A DNA stretch of 64,000 nucleotides, taken from assembly GCA_963674965.2 (NCBI GenBank), contig CAXXFL010000006.1:128001-192000 (forward strand), written 5' to 3'. The notes beneath the pieces are model-generated. The model was not told where the DNA came from and made no database searches. It saw only the letters and a program-made list of their open reading frames with translations. This DNA is from a bacterium (GTDB lineage Bacteria; RBG-13-61-14; DATKZS01). A program made the position numbers and the translations under genes. The first letter of the stretch is position 1. The number at the start of each line of letters is the position of its first letter. Positions 48,771 through 58,600 of this stretch are shown one piece after another.

Positions 48771-51700
48771 TCGCGTTTAGGTAGATTGTGCCGGGGGAAT
48801 CGACCCGGACGACGATGGACGCGAGGCCGCCCGCGTCCATGGCGCCGGACACGTCGTAGCGGCCCGATCCGCTCGGGCCCTCGCCGCCGAGGAGGGTGGC
48901 CGCGCCGGTCGAGCTCGGGTCGATCTCGAAGACCACCCCGAAGGAGGAGGAGTAGCCGATGGCCGAGGAGTTGATAACGCTCACGGTCACCCGCGTGGTC
49001 GAGCCTTCCTCAACGCTTCGAGAAGTGGCGCCGTCCACCACCAGGTCCGTGGGGATGGTTGGGTTCGAGGCCGTGTCGTTTCCGCTTATCATGGCCTGGA
49101 TCAAGCTGAGGTCAAGGGGCGACACTCCCGCCGGGTCGCCCATCAGGCGCTGGCTGTCTCCGTTGGGCGGCAGCACTCCCAAGTAGGACGCGTCGTTGCC
49201 GATGATCCGGTTCTTCAGCGCCGTCATATCCAGCGGAGACACCAACCCGTCGGCCGACACGGTATTCCCCGCGTCGCCCCAGCTAAAACATGACGCCCCG
49301 CCCGTCACGTCCACCTCCCATATATCAGTTCCATTATAGTACTCATGCGCGTTCTCGATCCCGTCCCCGTCGAAGTCCGCCCCCAGCCCGTCGCCCGCCG
49401 ACAACGGGTCCAGTCCCGTATCCCCGTGCCCCACCGAGTTGTCAGCCTCGAACCCATCCGGCAAGCCGTCGCCGTCCGAGTCCCAGTAGTCGGGGTCGGT
49501 GCCCAGGCTCGCCTCCACCGCGTCGGAGAGACCGTCGCCGTCCGTGTCGGGGAGCGCTTCGATAACGTCGATCATGATGCCGCTATCGGTTTTAAGGGTC
49601 TGGTAGTAGAAGTTGACGTATGTGTTCAAGGTCGGGTAGTCGGAGATGGGAAGCGCGATGTCCAGGTAGCAGCCATTCAGGACCGAACCGAAGGAGGGCG
49701 CGGCCGAGGAGGGGCTGATATAGTAGTTGACCACGCTCTCCCACCAGGCGCCGATGGCGTAGTACTTGCCCGCCGTGAGGGTCGCGTGCATGTCGCCGGA
49801 GGAAAACCAGTGGGTCGTGTCGCCGGGGAAGGTTTGGATTACGCGCGAGACCGCCTGCCACGGCCCGTCGGCCGCGTCGGACTCGTACACCAGGAAGTGC
49901 ATGGTGTTCGCGTTCTCGTTGTCCAGGTAGAGGGAGTGCTCGGTCAGGGTGGTCGTGGCGGTCGCGTGATACACGTTACCCCTGAACCTCAAGCCGCCCG
50001 TGGAGTTCGAGTTGTTGGTCGAGATAGCGTCCACCGTGATCTGGGCCGAGGGCATGCTCGCGCCCAGGCCCTCCGTGTCAAGCGCCGTTAGGGTCACCCA
50101 CTCGGCGATCGCGTCGGTCAGGGCGATCGTCACCACGCCGCCCGAAACCTCGGCCACCACCTGGTTGGTCCCGCCCCCGCTTATCACGCTTCCCACCGAG
50201 GCCGAGCTCGCGAATACCGCCGACCCGTCCACCGCCAATGTAAACCGGCTCGAGTCGTCCCCCTCGAAAAACAGCCCCTTCTGATCGTAGACCTCGAAGG
50301 TAACGCCCAGCCACTCGCCGACCTCCACCCACCGCGTCTGGTCCTCCTTCAACCCCACCTCGGCGGCGTAGCGATTAACGTCCGGGTCGAGCGGATCGAG
50401 ATCAAATCCGTCAAGATAGCCGTCATCGTCCGTGTCCGGGTCACAAGGATCGGTCCAGACGTTGTATTCCTCAAGGTTATTCAGACCGTCCGCATCGTAA
50501 TCGGCGGTGGCGTCCGCCGTGTCTCCCATCATGCAGGAATGGGAATTTTCCCAATCGTCGTGCATGCCGTCCCCGTCGCGGTCCATCAAATGAGAATTGA
50601 TATTATAAATATGCAACCCGTACTCTTTATCCGCGACGTAGACGAAGCCGTTCGAATAGTGGACGCTCAAGGCGGTCCCCGGGGTGTCGTAACAAGCTAT
50701 AAGCGTAGGGCTGGTGGGGGATGAGACGTCGATGATCTGCAATCCGGAGTTATAGTCCGCCAGGAAAGCGCAGTTCGAGAAAACGGAGACGTCATAGGAG
50801 GACCCGGACGTGTTGTAGGACCCGGCGAGTGTAGGGTTTGACGGGTTGGACACGTCTATGATTTGCAGACCGGAGCCACTATCGGCCACGTAGGCGTAGC
50901 CGCCGGAGACGGCCACTTTTCTCGCCGTGCCCGCGGTAACGTAGTATCCCGCCAACGAGGGAGTCTCGGGATCGGAGACGTCGATGATCGCCAGGCCCGC
51001 TCCGTCGGCCACGTAGGCGTAACCGCCCGACGCGAAGACGCCGTAGGAAGTCCCCGTCGTGTCATATTGTCCGGCGATGTGTGGATAAGATTGCTCTTCA
51101 GTTACAAAGAGGCCATCAGTGCCCGCCGCTATGTATGCCCTGCTATTTTCAATGTGTAAGTCGTATGCGCGAGGCGGATAAATAAAACCAATTTCATTGG
51201 GGGAATATTTATTCGAAATATCGATTATAATCACCGGGGTTGTAAAAAAGGCATTACATAGCGCGTAGGCGTAATCGCCTGACACAAAAACATCCCATGC
51301 CGATTCATAAGTTTCAAATCCCGCCGTCTGCCTCGGACTATCAGGATATGACACGTCGAATATCGCCAGACCTTCTCCTTTGGCCACGTAGGCATAGTCG
51401 CCCGACGCGTAAACTCCCAATGCCCAGTAAGAGTCGTAGTGTGATCCCACGAGAAAAGCCGCCTGAAATTCAGAGTCGTCTTCCGGGCCGGAGCAATCGT
51501 TGTCTTCCGGAAAGTCGGTGAAGCCGTCTTCATCATCGTCGATTCCGTTGTCGCAAAAAAATAAACTTCCCCGTTCGTCGTTGTCCTTATTGTCATTGCA
51601 TCCGGAGTCGAGAAGGTCCGTCAGCCCATCACCGTCGTTGTCCACCCCGTCGCTGCAGGCCACGACCGAGCATGGATTCATTATATTCTGATACTCCTCC

Positions 51701-52800
51701 ATGTTAGTAAACAAGTCCCCGTCGGGATTGGCCTCGTCGTCGACCGTGTCGGCCATCATGCAGGAATAGGTATTCTCCCAAGCGTCGGCCAATCCATCCC
51801 CATCGTTGTCCGCTTCATCTACAAGGAATATTTTGAGGTCGGAAAAGAAAAACTCGAAGCTAAAAGCAGACTCTATAAAGTAAGCGAAGCCATCGGAGTA
51901 ATAAATTCCCTCAGTTGGCTCCAACGAGTTATATAAACCCACCAACGTTGGATTGGCCGGGTCGGAGACGTCGATCATCAGAAGTCCCGAACCGGTATCC
52001 GCCACGTAGGCGAAGCTTCCAGAGACATGAACGTCACTACTGGATTCTCCGGGGGTATCGTAGTATCCGGCCAAGGTTGGACTGGCGGGGTTCGATACGT
52101 CAATGATTTGAAGACCATAAAATCCATCGGCCACGTATGCGTAGCTTCCGGATACGAAAAGGCCGCTTGAATAACCAGGCGTGTTGTATGATCCCGCCAA
52201 GGCCGGGGACGCGGGATTGGTGACGTCAATGATTTTAAGCCCAGAACCTCCGCCCGCCACGTAAGCGTAATTCCCAATGACTTGGACCTCGGAAGCCGTT
52301 CCAGTTGGTTTGTACGTACCAACGAGACCAGGGGCCGAGGGATTTGTGACGTCAATGATTAAAATGCCCGCGGTATTGTCCGCTATATAGGCGTAATTTC
52401 CCGAGACGTAAACGCCACTGGCATCGTATGTATCGTATGTTCCCGCCAATGATGGAGAGGATGGATCGGAGACGTCTATTATTTTTAGGCCGGCGGCTCT
52501 ATCCGCCACGTATGCATAATTGCCTGAGACATATACATCCAAAGGTCCATCGGTATCATACGAGGCTATCAAATTTGGACTTGAGGGGTCCGAAATATCG
52601 ATTATTTCGATACCGAACCGATACCCCGCCACGTAGGCGTAGTCGCCGGAAACAAAGACACTAGTTGGATATCCCGACGTGTCGTACGATCCCATCAAAA
52701 TAGGGTTCAGTTGCGCCGCCGCGCCGGTCGGTACCGTGAGGGCGAGGGCGATGATGGCCATGATAATGGCGGTTTGAATCCGCGTCCTTTGTTTGGTCAT
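48682..52800 (-). CDS. Large secreted LVIVD-repeat protein with Ca-binding DxDxDG motifs and a dockerin-like C-terminal region
   Basis: Signal peptide; two blocks of VSGNYAYVAD...GL.IIDVS.P..P repeats; repeated D.DGDG..D.WE...EEY modules. Confidence 0.88.
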   Translation of the reverse strand: MTKQRTRIQTAIIMAIIALALTVPTGAAAQLNPILMGSYDTSGYPTSVFVSGDYAYVAGYRFGIEIIDISDPSSPNLIASYDTDGPLDVYVSGNYAYVADRAAGLKIIDVSDPSSPSLAGTYDTYDASGVYVSGNYAYIADNTAGILIIDVTNPSAPGLVGTYKPTGTASEVQVIGNYAYVAGGGSGLKIIDVTNPASPALAGSYNTPGYSSGLFVSGSYAYVADGFYGLQIIDVSNPASPTLAGYYDTPGESSSDVHVSGSFAYVADTGSGLLMIDVSDPANPTLVGLYNSLEPTEGIYYSDGFAYFIESAFSFEFFFSDLKIFLVDEADNDGDGLADAWENTYSCMMADTVDDEANPDGDLFTNMEEYQNIMNPCSVVACSDGVDNDGDGLTDLLDSGCNDNKDNDERGSLFFCDNGIDDDEDGFTDFPEDNDCSGPEDDSEFQAAFLVGSHYDSYWALGVYASGDYAYVAKGEGLAIFDVSYPDSPRQTAGFETYESAWDVFVSGDYAYALCNAFFTTPVIIIDISNKYSPNEIGFIYPPRAYDLHIENSRAYIAAGTDGLFVTEEQSYPHIAGQYDTTGTSYGVFASGGYAYVADGAGLAIIDVSDPETPSLAGYYVTAGTARKVAVSGGYAYVADSGSGLQIIDVSNPSNPTLAGSYNTSGSSYDVSVFSNCAFLADYNSGLQIIDVSSPTSPTLIACYDTPGTALSVHYSNGFVYVADKEYGLHIYNINSHLMDRDGDGMHDDWENSHSCMMGDTADATADYDADGLNNLEEYNVWTDPCDPDTDDDGYLDGFDLDPLDPDVNRYAAEVGLKEDQTRWVEVGEWLGVTFEVYDQKGLFFEGDDSSRFTLAVDGSAVFASSASVGSVISGGGTNQVVAEVSGGVVTIALTDAIAEWVTLTALDTEGLGASMPSAQITVDAISTNNSNSTGGLRFRGNVYHATATTTLTEHSLYLDNENANTMHFLVYESDAADGPWQAVSRVIQTFPGDTTHWFSSGDMHATLTAGKYYAIGAWWESVVNYYISPSSAAPSFGSVLNGCYLDIALPISDYPTLNTYVNFYYQTLKTDSGIMIDVIEALPDTDGDGLSDAVEASLGTDPDYWDSDGDGLPDGFEADNSVGHGDTGLDPLSAGDGLGADFDGDGIENAHEYYNGTDIWEVDVTGGASCFSWGDAGNTVSADGLVSPLDMTALKNRIIGNDASYLGVLPPNGDSQRLMGDPAGVSPLDLSLIQAMISGNDTASNPTIPTDLVVDGATSRSVEEGSTTRVTVSVINSSAIGYSSSFGVVFEIDPSSTGAATLLGGEGPSGSGRYDVSGAMDAGGLASIVVRVDSPGTIYLNATIPSCGDQSGKGRYCPEIEKAPAVTIVGY

Positions 52801-53140
52801 TTGGCTTTCTCCTTTTTGGATGACTAGGCGCCGTATCGTCTTATAATTCGGAGTGCTCGCTAAGAAAACTATAGACTATAACCGATCAAAATACAATCAT
52901 TTTTTTACCCGCCATTTTACTCGTCCCCCGTCGCGGGTTTTTCGTGGGCGGCTTGGGCCGGGACGGTGCGTTTGCGACTCGGGCCTTCATGGCGCCTTGG
53001 CTTCCAATATTTGGCCGACGCGGAATCTTTCACGCGCGGTCGCGGGACCGGGAGGCGGTTTCGCGAATTCGGTTTTGATAAAGTTACCCGCTTGTGATAG
53101 GAATAAGCCGTTAGATTGCAATCGTTATCCGGAGGTGGCC

Positions 53141-53611
53141 ATGGCGGGAAAATCGAAGAAGACCGGGCGGGGCAGAATGATCGTCGACGCGATCGCCGAT
53201 ACCATCATACCGTCAGACGGGCCCGAGCGGCCGGGGGCCCTGGACGTGGAGCTCCCGGACAAGCTGCTCGACTGGCTGGGCCAACTTCCGGGGGCCAGGC
53301 AAGCCTTTGTCGCGTCCTGCTGGTTCTGGGAATTCTCGCCCATATTGACGGGGCGCTTTTGCCGTTTTACCAGTCTTTCCTTCGAGGAGCGCACGGCCCT
53401 GTTCGAGGACTTCGAGAGTTCCCGCTCCTTTACCAGGAGGTGGACCTTTTTCGCGCTCAAGGCGATCATGCTGGCGGTATTTTACAATGACGAGGAAATC
53501 TGGCCGCTTATGGGGTTCAAGCCGGGCTGCCTGTCCGAGCCGCCGGGCAAAGGCGCCCGTCTTTCCATGCGGACCGCCGCAGCCGTTGAAACTTCCGGAG
53601 GGGTGCAATGA
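53141..53611 (+). CDS. Gluconate 2-dehydrogenase subunit 3-like partner of the GMC oxidoreductase
   Basis: GGAGG RBS, AIADTIIP...PGA, F..LS.EER, FY...IW..MG; ATGA overlap with the GMC gene. Confidence 0.7.
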   Translation: MAGKSKKTGRGRMIVDAIADTIIPSDGPERPGALDVELPDKLLDWLGQLPGARQAFVASCWFWEFSPILTGRFCRFTSLSFEERTALFEDFESSRSFTRRWTFFALKAIMLAVFYNDEEIWPLMGFKPGCLSEPPGKGARLSMRTAAAVETSGGVQ

Positions 53612-55119
53612 TCCACGAGGGCAAGGAGTTTGACCGCGAGGTAAACCTCGACGCCGACGTGGTGGTGGTCGGCTCCGGGGCGGGTGGACCGGTGGTGGCC
53701 AAGGAACTCCAGGAAAAGGGCCGATCGGTGATTTTGCTCGAGGAAGGCGGCAACTACCATACGCGCGACTTCGGCAAGGACGTGATCGAGTCTTTCCGGA
53801 CTTTGTATCGAGACTTCGGCAGCACGGCCGCTCTGGGCATACCCTTCGTGCCCTTTCCGCTGGGCCGCTGTCTTGGCGGGACAACGGCCATCAATTCGGG
53901 CACCTGCTTCAGGACACCGGACGTCATTTTAAAAAGATGGGAGCGAGCGTGGAACCTGCCCGATATTTCGCCGGAATTCATGCGGCCTTACTTCGAGCGG
54001 GTGGAAAAGCTCTATTCGGTAAGCGAAGTTCATCCGGGCAACATGGGTAAAAACGGCGAGATATTCCTTCGCGGCGCTCGCGAGCTTGGTTATTCCTGCG
54101 GTCCATTAAAACGGAACATGGACGAGAACTGCACCGGCTGCGGCGTTTGCACTTTAGGCTGTCCTTCCGACGGCAAGCGGCACACGGGGCTTAACTACAT
54201 TCCCATGGCCGTGGAAAAAGGATGCGAGGTATATTGCGACTTTCGGGTCGAGAAGGTACTGACGCGAGGGAACAGGGCGGTCGGCGTTTCGGGAAGCGTG
54301 CTTAACAGGTCGAACAATAAAAGGAAAACCAATTTCAAAGTATCGGCCAAAGTCGTGGTCATGGCGGCGGGGGCCGTTTGTACTCCTCATCTGTTATTGC
54401 AAAACAAGCTGGCCAACTCGAGCGGCCAGATGGGAAAGAATTTACGGCTTCATCCCGGCATCCGGGTGAGCGCGGTTATGAACGAGGAGGTAAAGGGATG
54501 GCTTGGCGTTCCCCAGGGCGTATATGTTGACGAGTTCTGGGACGAGGGTATCATGCTCGAGGGCATTTTCGTTGGCCCTCTTTTATCGGCGCCTTCACTT
54601 CCTTATTTTGGTCGGAAGTCCAAGGATTTAATGTTTAACTATCCGAATATAGCGGCTTTTGGCGCTATGATTCACGACGAGACCAAGGGCCGGATTCGGC
54701 CGGGACCGCTGGGCCGCCCTCTTATCACCTACTGGCTTAACAAGGAGGACCTTCGCAAGGCGGTCAAGTCGATAGCGTACGCGGCTGAAATCTATTTTGC
54801 CGCCGGGGCCAGGAAAGTATTCACCATTCTCCCCTGGATGCCGGAGATCACGAAAAAGAGCCAGATCGGCGATATCTTGACCGGTCCCACCAGGGCCTCG
54901 GAACTGGAGATGATGGCCTTTCATCCCATGGGATCGGCCCGCATGGGCACGGACCCGGCAAAGTCCGTGACCAACCCCTACGGCGAGACGTTCGACGTGA
55001 AAAACCTTTTCATCGCGGACGCCTGCCTTTTCCCCTCCTGCCTGGGGGTCAATCCCATGGAATCGATCATGGCCTTCGCCAACAGGAACGCCGACTATAT
55101 GCATGAGAGGAAACTGTAA
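53608..55119 (+). CDS. GMC-family flavoprotein oxidoreductase
   Basis: VVVGSGAGG, LGGTTAINSG, CTGCGVCTLGC, AAGAVCTP, HPMGSARMG, GVNP. Confidence 0.92.
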   Translation: MIHEGKEFDREVNLDADVVVVGSGAGGPVVAKELQEKGRSVILLEEGGNYHTRDFGKDVIESFRTLYRDFGSTAALGIPFVPFPLGRCLGGTTAINSGTCFRTPDVILKRWERAWNLPDISPEFMRPYFERVEKLYSVSEVHPGNMGKNGEIFLRGARELGYSCGPLKRNMDENCTGCGVCTLGCPSDGKRHTGLNYIPMAVEKGCEVYCDFRVEKVLTRGNRAVGVSGSVLNRSNNKRKTNFKVSAKVVVMAAGAVCTPHLLLQNKLANSSGQMGKNLRLHPGIRVSAVMNEEVKGWLGVPQGVYVDEFWDEGIMLEGIFVGPLLSAPSLPYFGRKSKDLMFNYPNIAAFGAMIHDETKGRIRPGPLGRPLITYWLNKEDLRKAVKSIAYAAEIYFAAGARKVFTILPWMPEITKKSQIGDILTGPTRASELEMMAFHPMGSARMGTDPAKSVTNPYGETFDVKNLFIADACLFPSCLGVNPMESIMAFANRNADYMHERKL

Positions 55120-55187
55120 GCCGGAACACGGCTGGAACGGTAAAGAGTAAACGTGCCTTCCGCCTTACAGGATGGGCTGGGGACGCC

Positions 55188-55673
55188 TCAGGGCCTCGAG
55201 ATGTCCGATCGGTTCTCGATATTTTTATCGGATTTTCTCTTCTTGCATAATTTTGCCAGAAATATTCCCGCTTGTCCTAATAAATAGGATGGTAGGGATA
55301 AAATTGCAAAAGGCAGCCACATCGCGATATAGAAGCCAAGAATGAACATGTACGGCATGGCCTCAATCGCCGACTTCTCTTTCATTTTATCACGCGTCTC
55401 AGGAACGTATTTCCAGAAAAACTGGTTCATCTGGAAAATAAATCCTAGTGGAATAAGCGCGTGTAAAAAGCATAATATCAGGGCCATAAGCGGAGCTGCG
55501 ATCAGGTTGGAAAAGAAATCGGCATTGGAGGTTTTAAATTCCAAGCCGCCAAGGTTCTCAATCATGTCGCTTATAGCCGGCATTATCGGGTTCTTTTCCA
55601 AGTTAAAGGCCATTTGCGCTCCATTATCTCTCTTAGTGAGAAATTTGCATCGATCAGACGCAACTCCAGACAT
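55188..55673 (-). CDS. Hypothetical AT-rich membrane protein
   Basis: Two hydrophobic regions; composition differs from neighbours. Confidence 0.5.
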   Translation of the reverse strand: MSGVASDRCKFLTKRDNGAQMAFNLEKNPIMPAISDMIENLGGLEFKTSNADFFSNLIAAPLMALILCFLHALIPLGFIFQMNQFFWKYVPETRDKMKEKSAIEAMPYMFILGFYIAMWLPFAILSLPSYLLGQAGIFLAKLCKKRKSDKNIENRSDISRP

Positions 55674-55730
55674 CTCTCTTCATTAGATTCAGAAAGGTAG
55701 TTTTTCCATACTGAAATTAAAGGAAGGGTC

Positions 55731-56543
55731 CTACTTCTTCCTTTTAAAAGGCGGCCTTCTCCTGGGGTTTTTGCCGTCCTCTTCCTTGAAGACGTCCCCC
55801 AGTCCGGAGACGACGTAGGTCCCCGACCTGGCGTCCCGATAGAGCATTATCAGGCCCTGGTCCTCTGCGTCCTCGAGGAGTTCCGTGAACATGCGATAGC
55901 CGTAATAACTCTCGTCGAAGCTCGGGTCCTTGCGCTTCATGGTGTCCTTGACCATGGAGGCGTAGATCACGGGCTTGTTCTCCCGCATGAGGGCCGCCGC
56001 CGAGTCCACCAGCAACTTGAAGACGTCGCGCCTCTCGTTGGGTATCTTGGAAATGGCCTTTTCCGCGCCCGCGGGCTGAAGGTCCTCGTAGTAGATGAAC
56101 TCATCGCAGTTGTCCCGAAGTAGGTTCGAGGTCGAGTCGCGCATGCCCAGGCCGATAACGTACTTGCCGTTTTCCTTGAGCTTGCTCACGAGGGGCGAGA
56201 AGTCCGAGTCTCCCGACACGATGACGAACGTATCGATGTGGGCCTTGGCGTAAGCCATGTCCATAACGTCCACCACCAGCCGGATGTCGGCCGAGTTCTT
56301 GCCCGTGATGTCGCGCTTGGGTATCTCGATCAGCTCGATGGCCGACTCGTGCAGCTTGCGCTTGTACTCGTCATAGCGTATCCAGTCCGCGTAGGCCCTC
56401 TTTACTATCAGTTTTCCTTTTTCGACCAGCCGCGCCAGAACGCGCGATATGTCGAATCTTTCCTTGCTTCCCTTGAACCCGAGGGCCAGGTTCTCGAAGT
56501 CAATAAATACGGCCAGCCTTCTTTCGTAATCGTGCTCTTCCAT
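55731..56543 (-). CDS. NYN domain (LabA/DUF88, PIN-like) protein with OST-HTH domain
   Basis: AVFIDFEN, RAYADW, GKNSADIRL.VD, SGDSDF, CDEFIYY, PSFDESYYGY. Confidence 0.92.
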   Translation of the reverse strand: MEEHDYERRLAVFIDFENLALGFKGSKERFDISRVLARLVEKGKLIVKRAYADWIRYDEYKRKLHESAIELIEIPKRDITGKNSADIRLVVDVMDMAYAKAHIDTFVIVSGDSDFSPLVSKLKENGKYVIGLGMRDSTSNLLRDNCDEFIYYEDLQPAGAEKAISKIPNERRDVFKLLVDSAAALMRENKPVIYASMVKDTMKRKDPSFDESYYGYRMFTELLEDAEDQGLIMLYRDARSGTYVVSGLGDVFKEEDGKNPRRRPPFKRKK

Positions 56544-56604
56544 GTCCACTCCCGCTTATCGGATGATTCGCGTCGGGTCCAGTCGAGCCGGCCGAGGCGG
56601 CCCG

Positions 56605-56952
56605 CTAACCCGGCGGCCAGGAAAACTTTCGTCCCCCCAGAAGGTGCAGATGGATATGGAAGACCTCTTGACAGGCGTCCTTGTTGGTGTTGAAGACGCT
56701 CCTGTAACCGGCCCCGCTAACGCCCAGGTCCCGGGCTATCCTGGACGCGGCAACCATTAATTTTCCCATTAACGCCGCGTCTCCTTCCTCGAGCCCGTCC
56801 AGGCTGGGAACGTGCTTCTTCGGTATGATAAGCACGTGTACCGGGGCCTGGGGGTTAATGTCCTTGAAAGCTAGGAGGTCGTCGTCCTCAAAAACCTTGT
56901 CCGCCGGAATGTCTCCGGCCACGATCTTGCAAAACAAGCAATCCTCGGCCAT
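56605..56952 (-). CDS. hinT: Histidine triad nucleotide-binding protein
   Basis: CLFCKI, AFKDINPQAPVH, HIHLHLLGGR. Confidence 0.95.
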   Translation of the reverse strand: MAEDCLFCKIVAGDIPADKVFEDDDLLAFKDINPQAPVHVLIIPKKHVPSLDGLEEGDAALMGKLMVAASRIARDLGVSGAGYRSVFNTNKDACQEVFHIHLHLLGGRKFSWPPG

Positions 56953-57052
56953 CTGCCGCCTCCAGGGGAAGTAGTTTTCCTAGCAACTAATCTAATCCCC
57001 GAGAGGGAGATTTGTCAACACGGGCCCTTTTAGCGGCGTTTACGGGGACATA

Positions 57053-58588
57053 TTAATCGGAGATCTCGAAGAAGACTATCATGCCCTTTTGCGTTTCAGT
57101 TTCGGCGATCGGTTTTAAGCTGTATTTCTTTTTAACCTCCTCCTCCATTTCCTTGAAATAGGGACTGGTAAGAGGGCCAATGTCCGAGAAATATATCCTA
57201 CCCTTTGAAAAGTCCAGAGGCGTTTTCGGGTCGGGCCTGAGGAGCATGTCGGTGGGCGCGCACCTGGCCCCGATGGTGGTGGAAATGGCGGAGGGAAAGG
57301 CGGCGAAATAAAGCGCGTCCTTTGGCAGCTTGTCTTTCATCTCCAGGAGAAACCGGTACTCCCGCTCGCTTTCGGCGCGGAAAGGCTTCTGAGCGTTGGG
57401 TATCCCCGGGATAATGAGAGCGGCCGCGGCCAGCGACAGGGCCACGAGGACGGGGCTGTACTTCCTTTTAAACCCGCCCGCCCAATCGATGGCCGCCGCC
57501 ATGAATCCGGCCAGGCCCGGCGCTAGAAGGAGCTGATATCTTTGCAGGTCGTAGCGGCTCGAGTCGACGTTGATATAAAAGGCGTAGACCAGGAGCATGC
57601 CGAGCATATTGGCGAAGAGGCCGGCCAGCAGGGCTGGTCGCTTTTTCACGAGCACGGCCGCTCCCATAAGGATGAGGGCCGGATAGGCCAGGGGAAGAAG
57701 GTCCCCTCCCATCCAAAAGGACATGCCGCCCAATAGCGGAACGCCGGGGGCCTTCTGGCGAAACGAGCTATAGGCCCCGAACCCCGCCAGGGCCTGCATA
57801 ACCGCCGGCAAAAGGAAGAGACCCAGCCAGAGGTAGTGCTTTCTTTCGAACTTGAAGGGATTTCCCCGCCGCCATTCCTCCAGGGCCCCGAGGATTACGG
57901 GCACGGCCAGGGCCGAGGCCACGCTCTCGAGACGGAACGTCCCGGCCAGGCCCACGGCCGCTCCCCCCGCCAGGAACAGCCCGTCGTTCCTGGTTTTGAC
58001 GAAGGACACGCAAAGGCCCGAGGCCAAAAGCACGGCCGCCATGGCCCCCGGCTCCATGGACGTTCCTCCCGACATGCGAAGATGGAGGGGCCAGGCCGAG
58101 ACCAGCAAGGAGGCTATAAGGGCAGTCGAGCCCCGAAAGCCCAGGGAGCGGACGAAGAACCAGGCCGCCATAACGCCCAGGGCCCCCAGTATGGCGTTCA
58201 GCCCATAGGCGGTTTCCTCCCTTTCCCCCGCCAGGACAAAGCCCGCGGCGAGCAGGGAATGGAAAGCGGGGGGCCACTTGGGCGCTCGGCGTATCCTGGT
58301 ATCATGGTCGCCGGCAACGATGGTCTCACCGAAGCGACCCGTGTGGCGAAGGTTCTCCGCCAGCTCCAGGTGAAGGAACTCGTCGAAGTAAACGTTATGA
58401 GTGTGGTAAACCCAGTATTGCCGGACGGCCCAGGACAAAATAATGATCGCGGCCAGAGCGATAAGCTCGACCCTGCCCGCCTGGATGAACTCCCTCAGGG
58501 CGGCTCGTTCCCGGATGGTAAAATAAATGACCGAGAAAATCAGCGCGGCGATGAAAAAGGGCGCGCCGTGTATGATCAGGGGGGACAA
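57053..58588 (-). CDS. GT-C (ArnT/PMT-like) membrane glycosyltransferase
   Basis: Polytopic; YFDEFLH loop, KWPP, SMEP, FRLE, QRY. Confidence 0.7.
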   Translation of the reverse strand: MSPLIIHGAPFFIAALIFSVIYFTIRERAALREFIQAGRVELIALAAIIILSWAVRQYWVYHTHNVYFDEFLHLELAENLRHTGRFGETIVAGDHDTRIRRAPKWPPAFHSLLAAGFVLAGEREETAYGLNAILGALGVMAAWFFVRSLGFRGSTALIASLLVSAWPLHLRMSGGTSMEPGAMAAVLLASGLCVSFVKTRNDGLFLAGGAAVGLAGTFRLESVASALAVPVILGALEEWRRGNPFKFERKHYLWLGLFLLPAVMQALAGFGAYSSFRQKAPGVPLLGGMSFWMGGDLLPLAYPALILMGAAVLVKKRPALLAGLFANMLGMLLVYAFYINVDSSRYDLQRYQLLLAPGLAGFMAAAIDWAGGFKRKYSPVLVALSLAAAALIIPGIPNAQKPFRAESEREYRFLLEMKDKLPKDALYFAAFPSAISTTIGARCAPTDMLLRPDPKTPLDFSKGRIYFSDIGPLTSPYFKEMEEEVKKKYSLKPIAETETQKGMIVFFEISD

Positions 58589-58600
58589 GCTATCGCCTCG

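Noticed and set aside
50600-52700. Periodic repeats as a CRISPR array
   Set aside because: They are degenerate, in-frame LVIVD protein repeats; there are no identical repeats with unique spacers and no cas genes.
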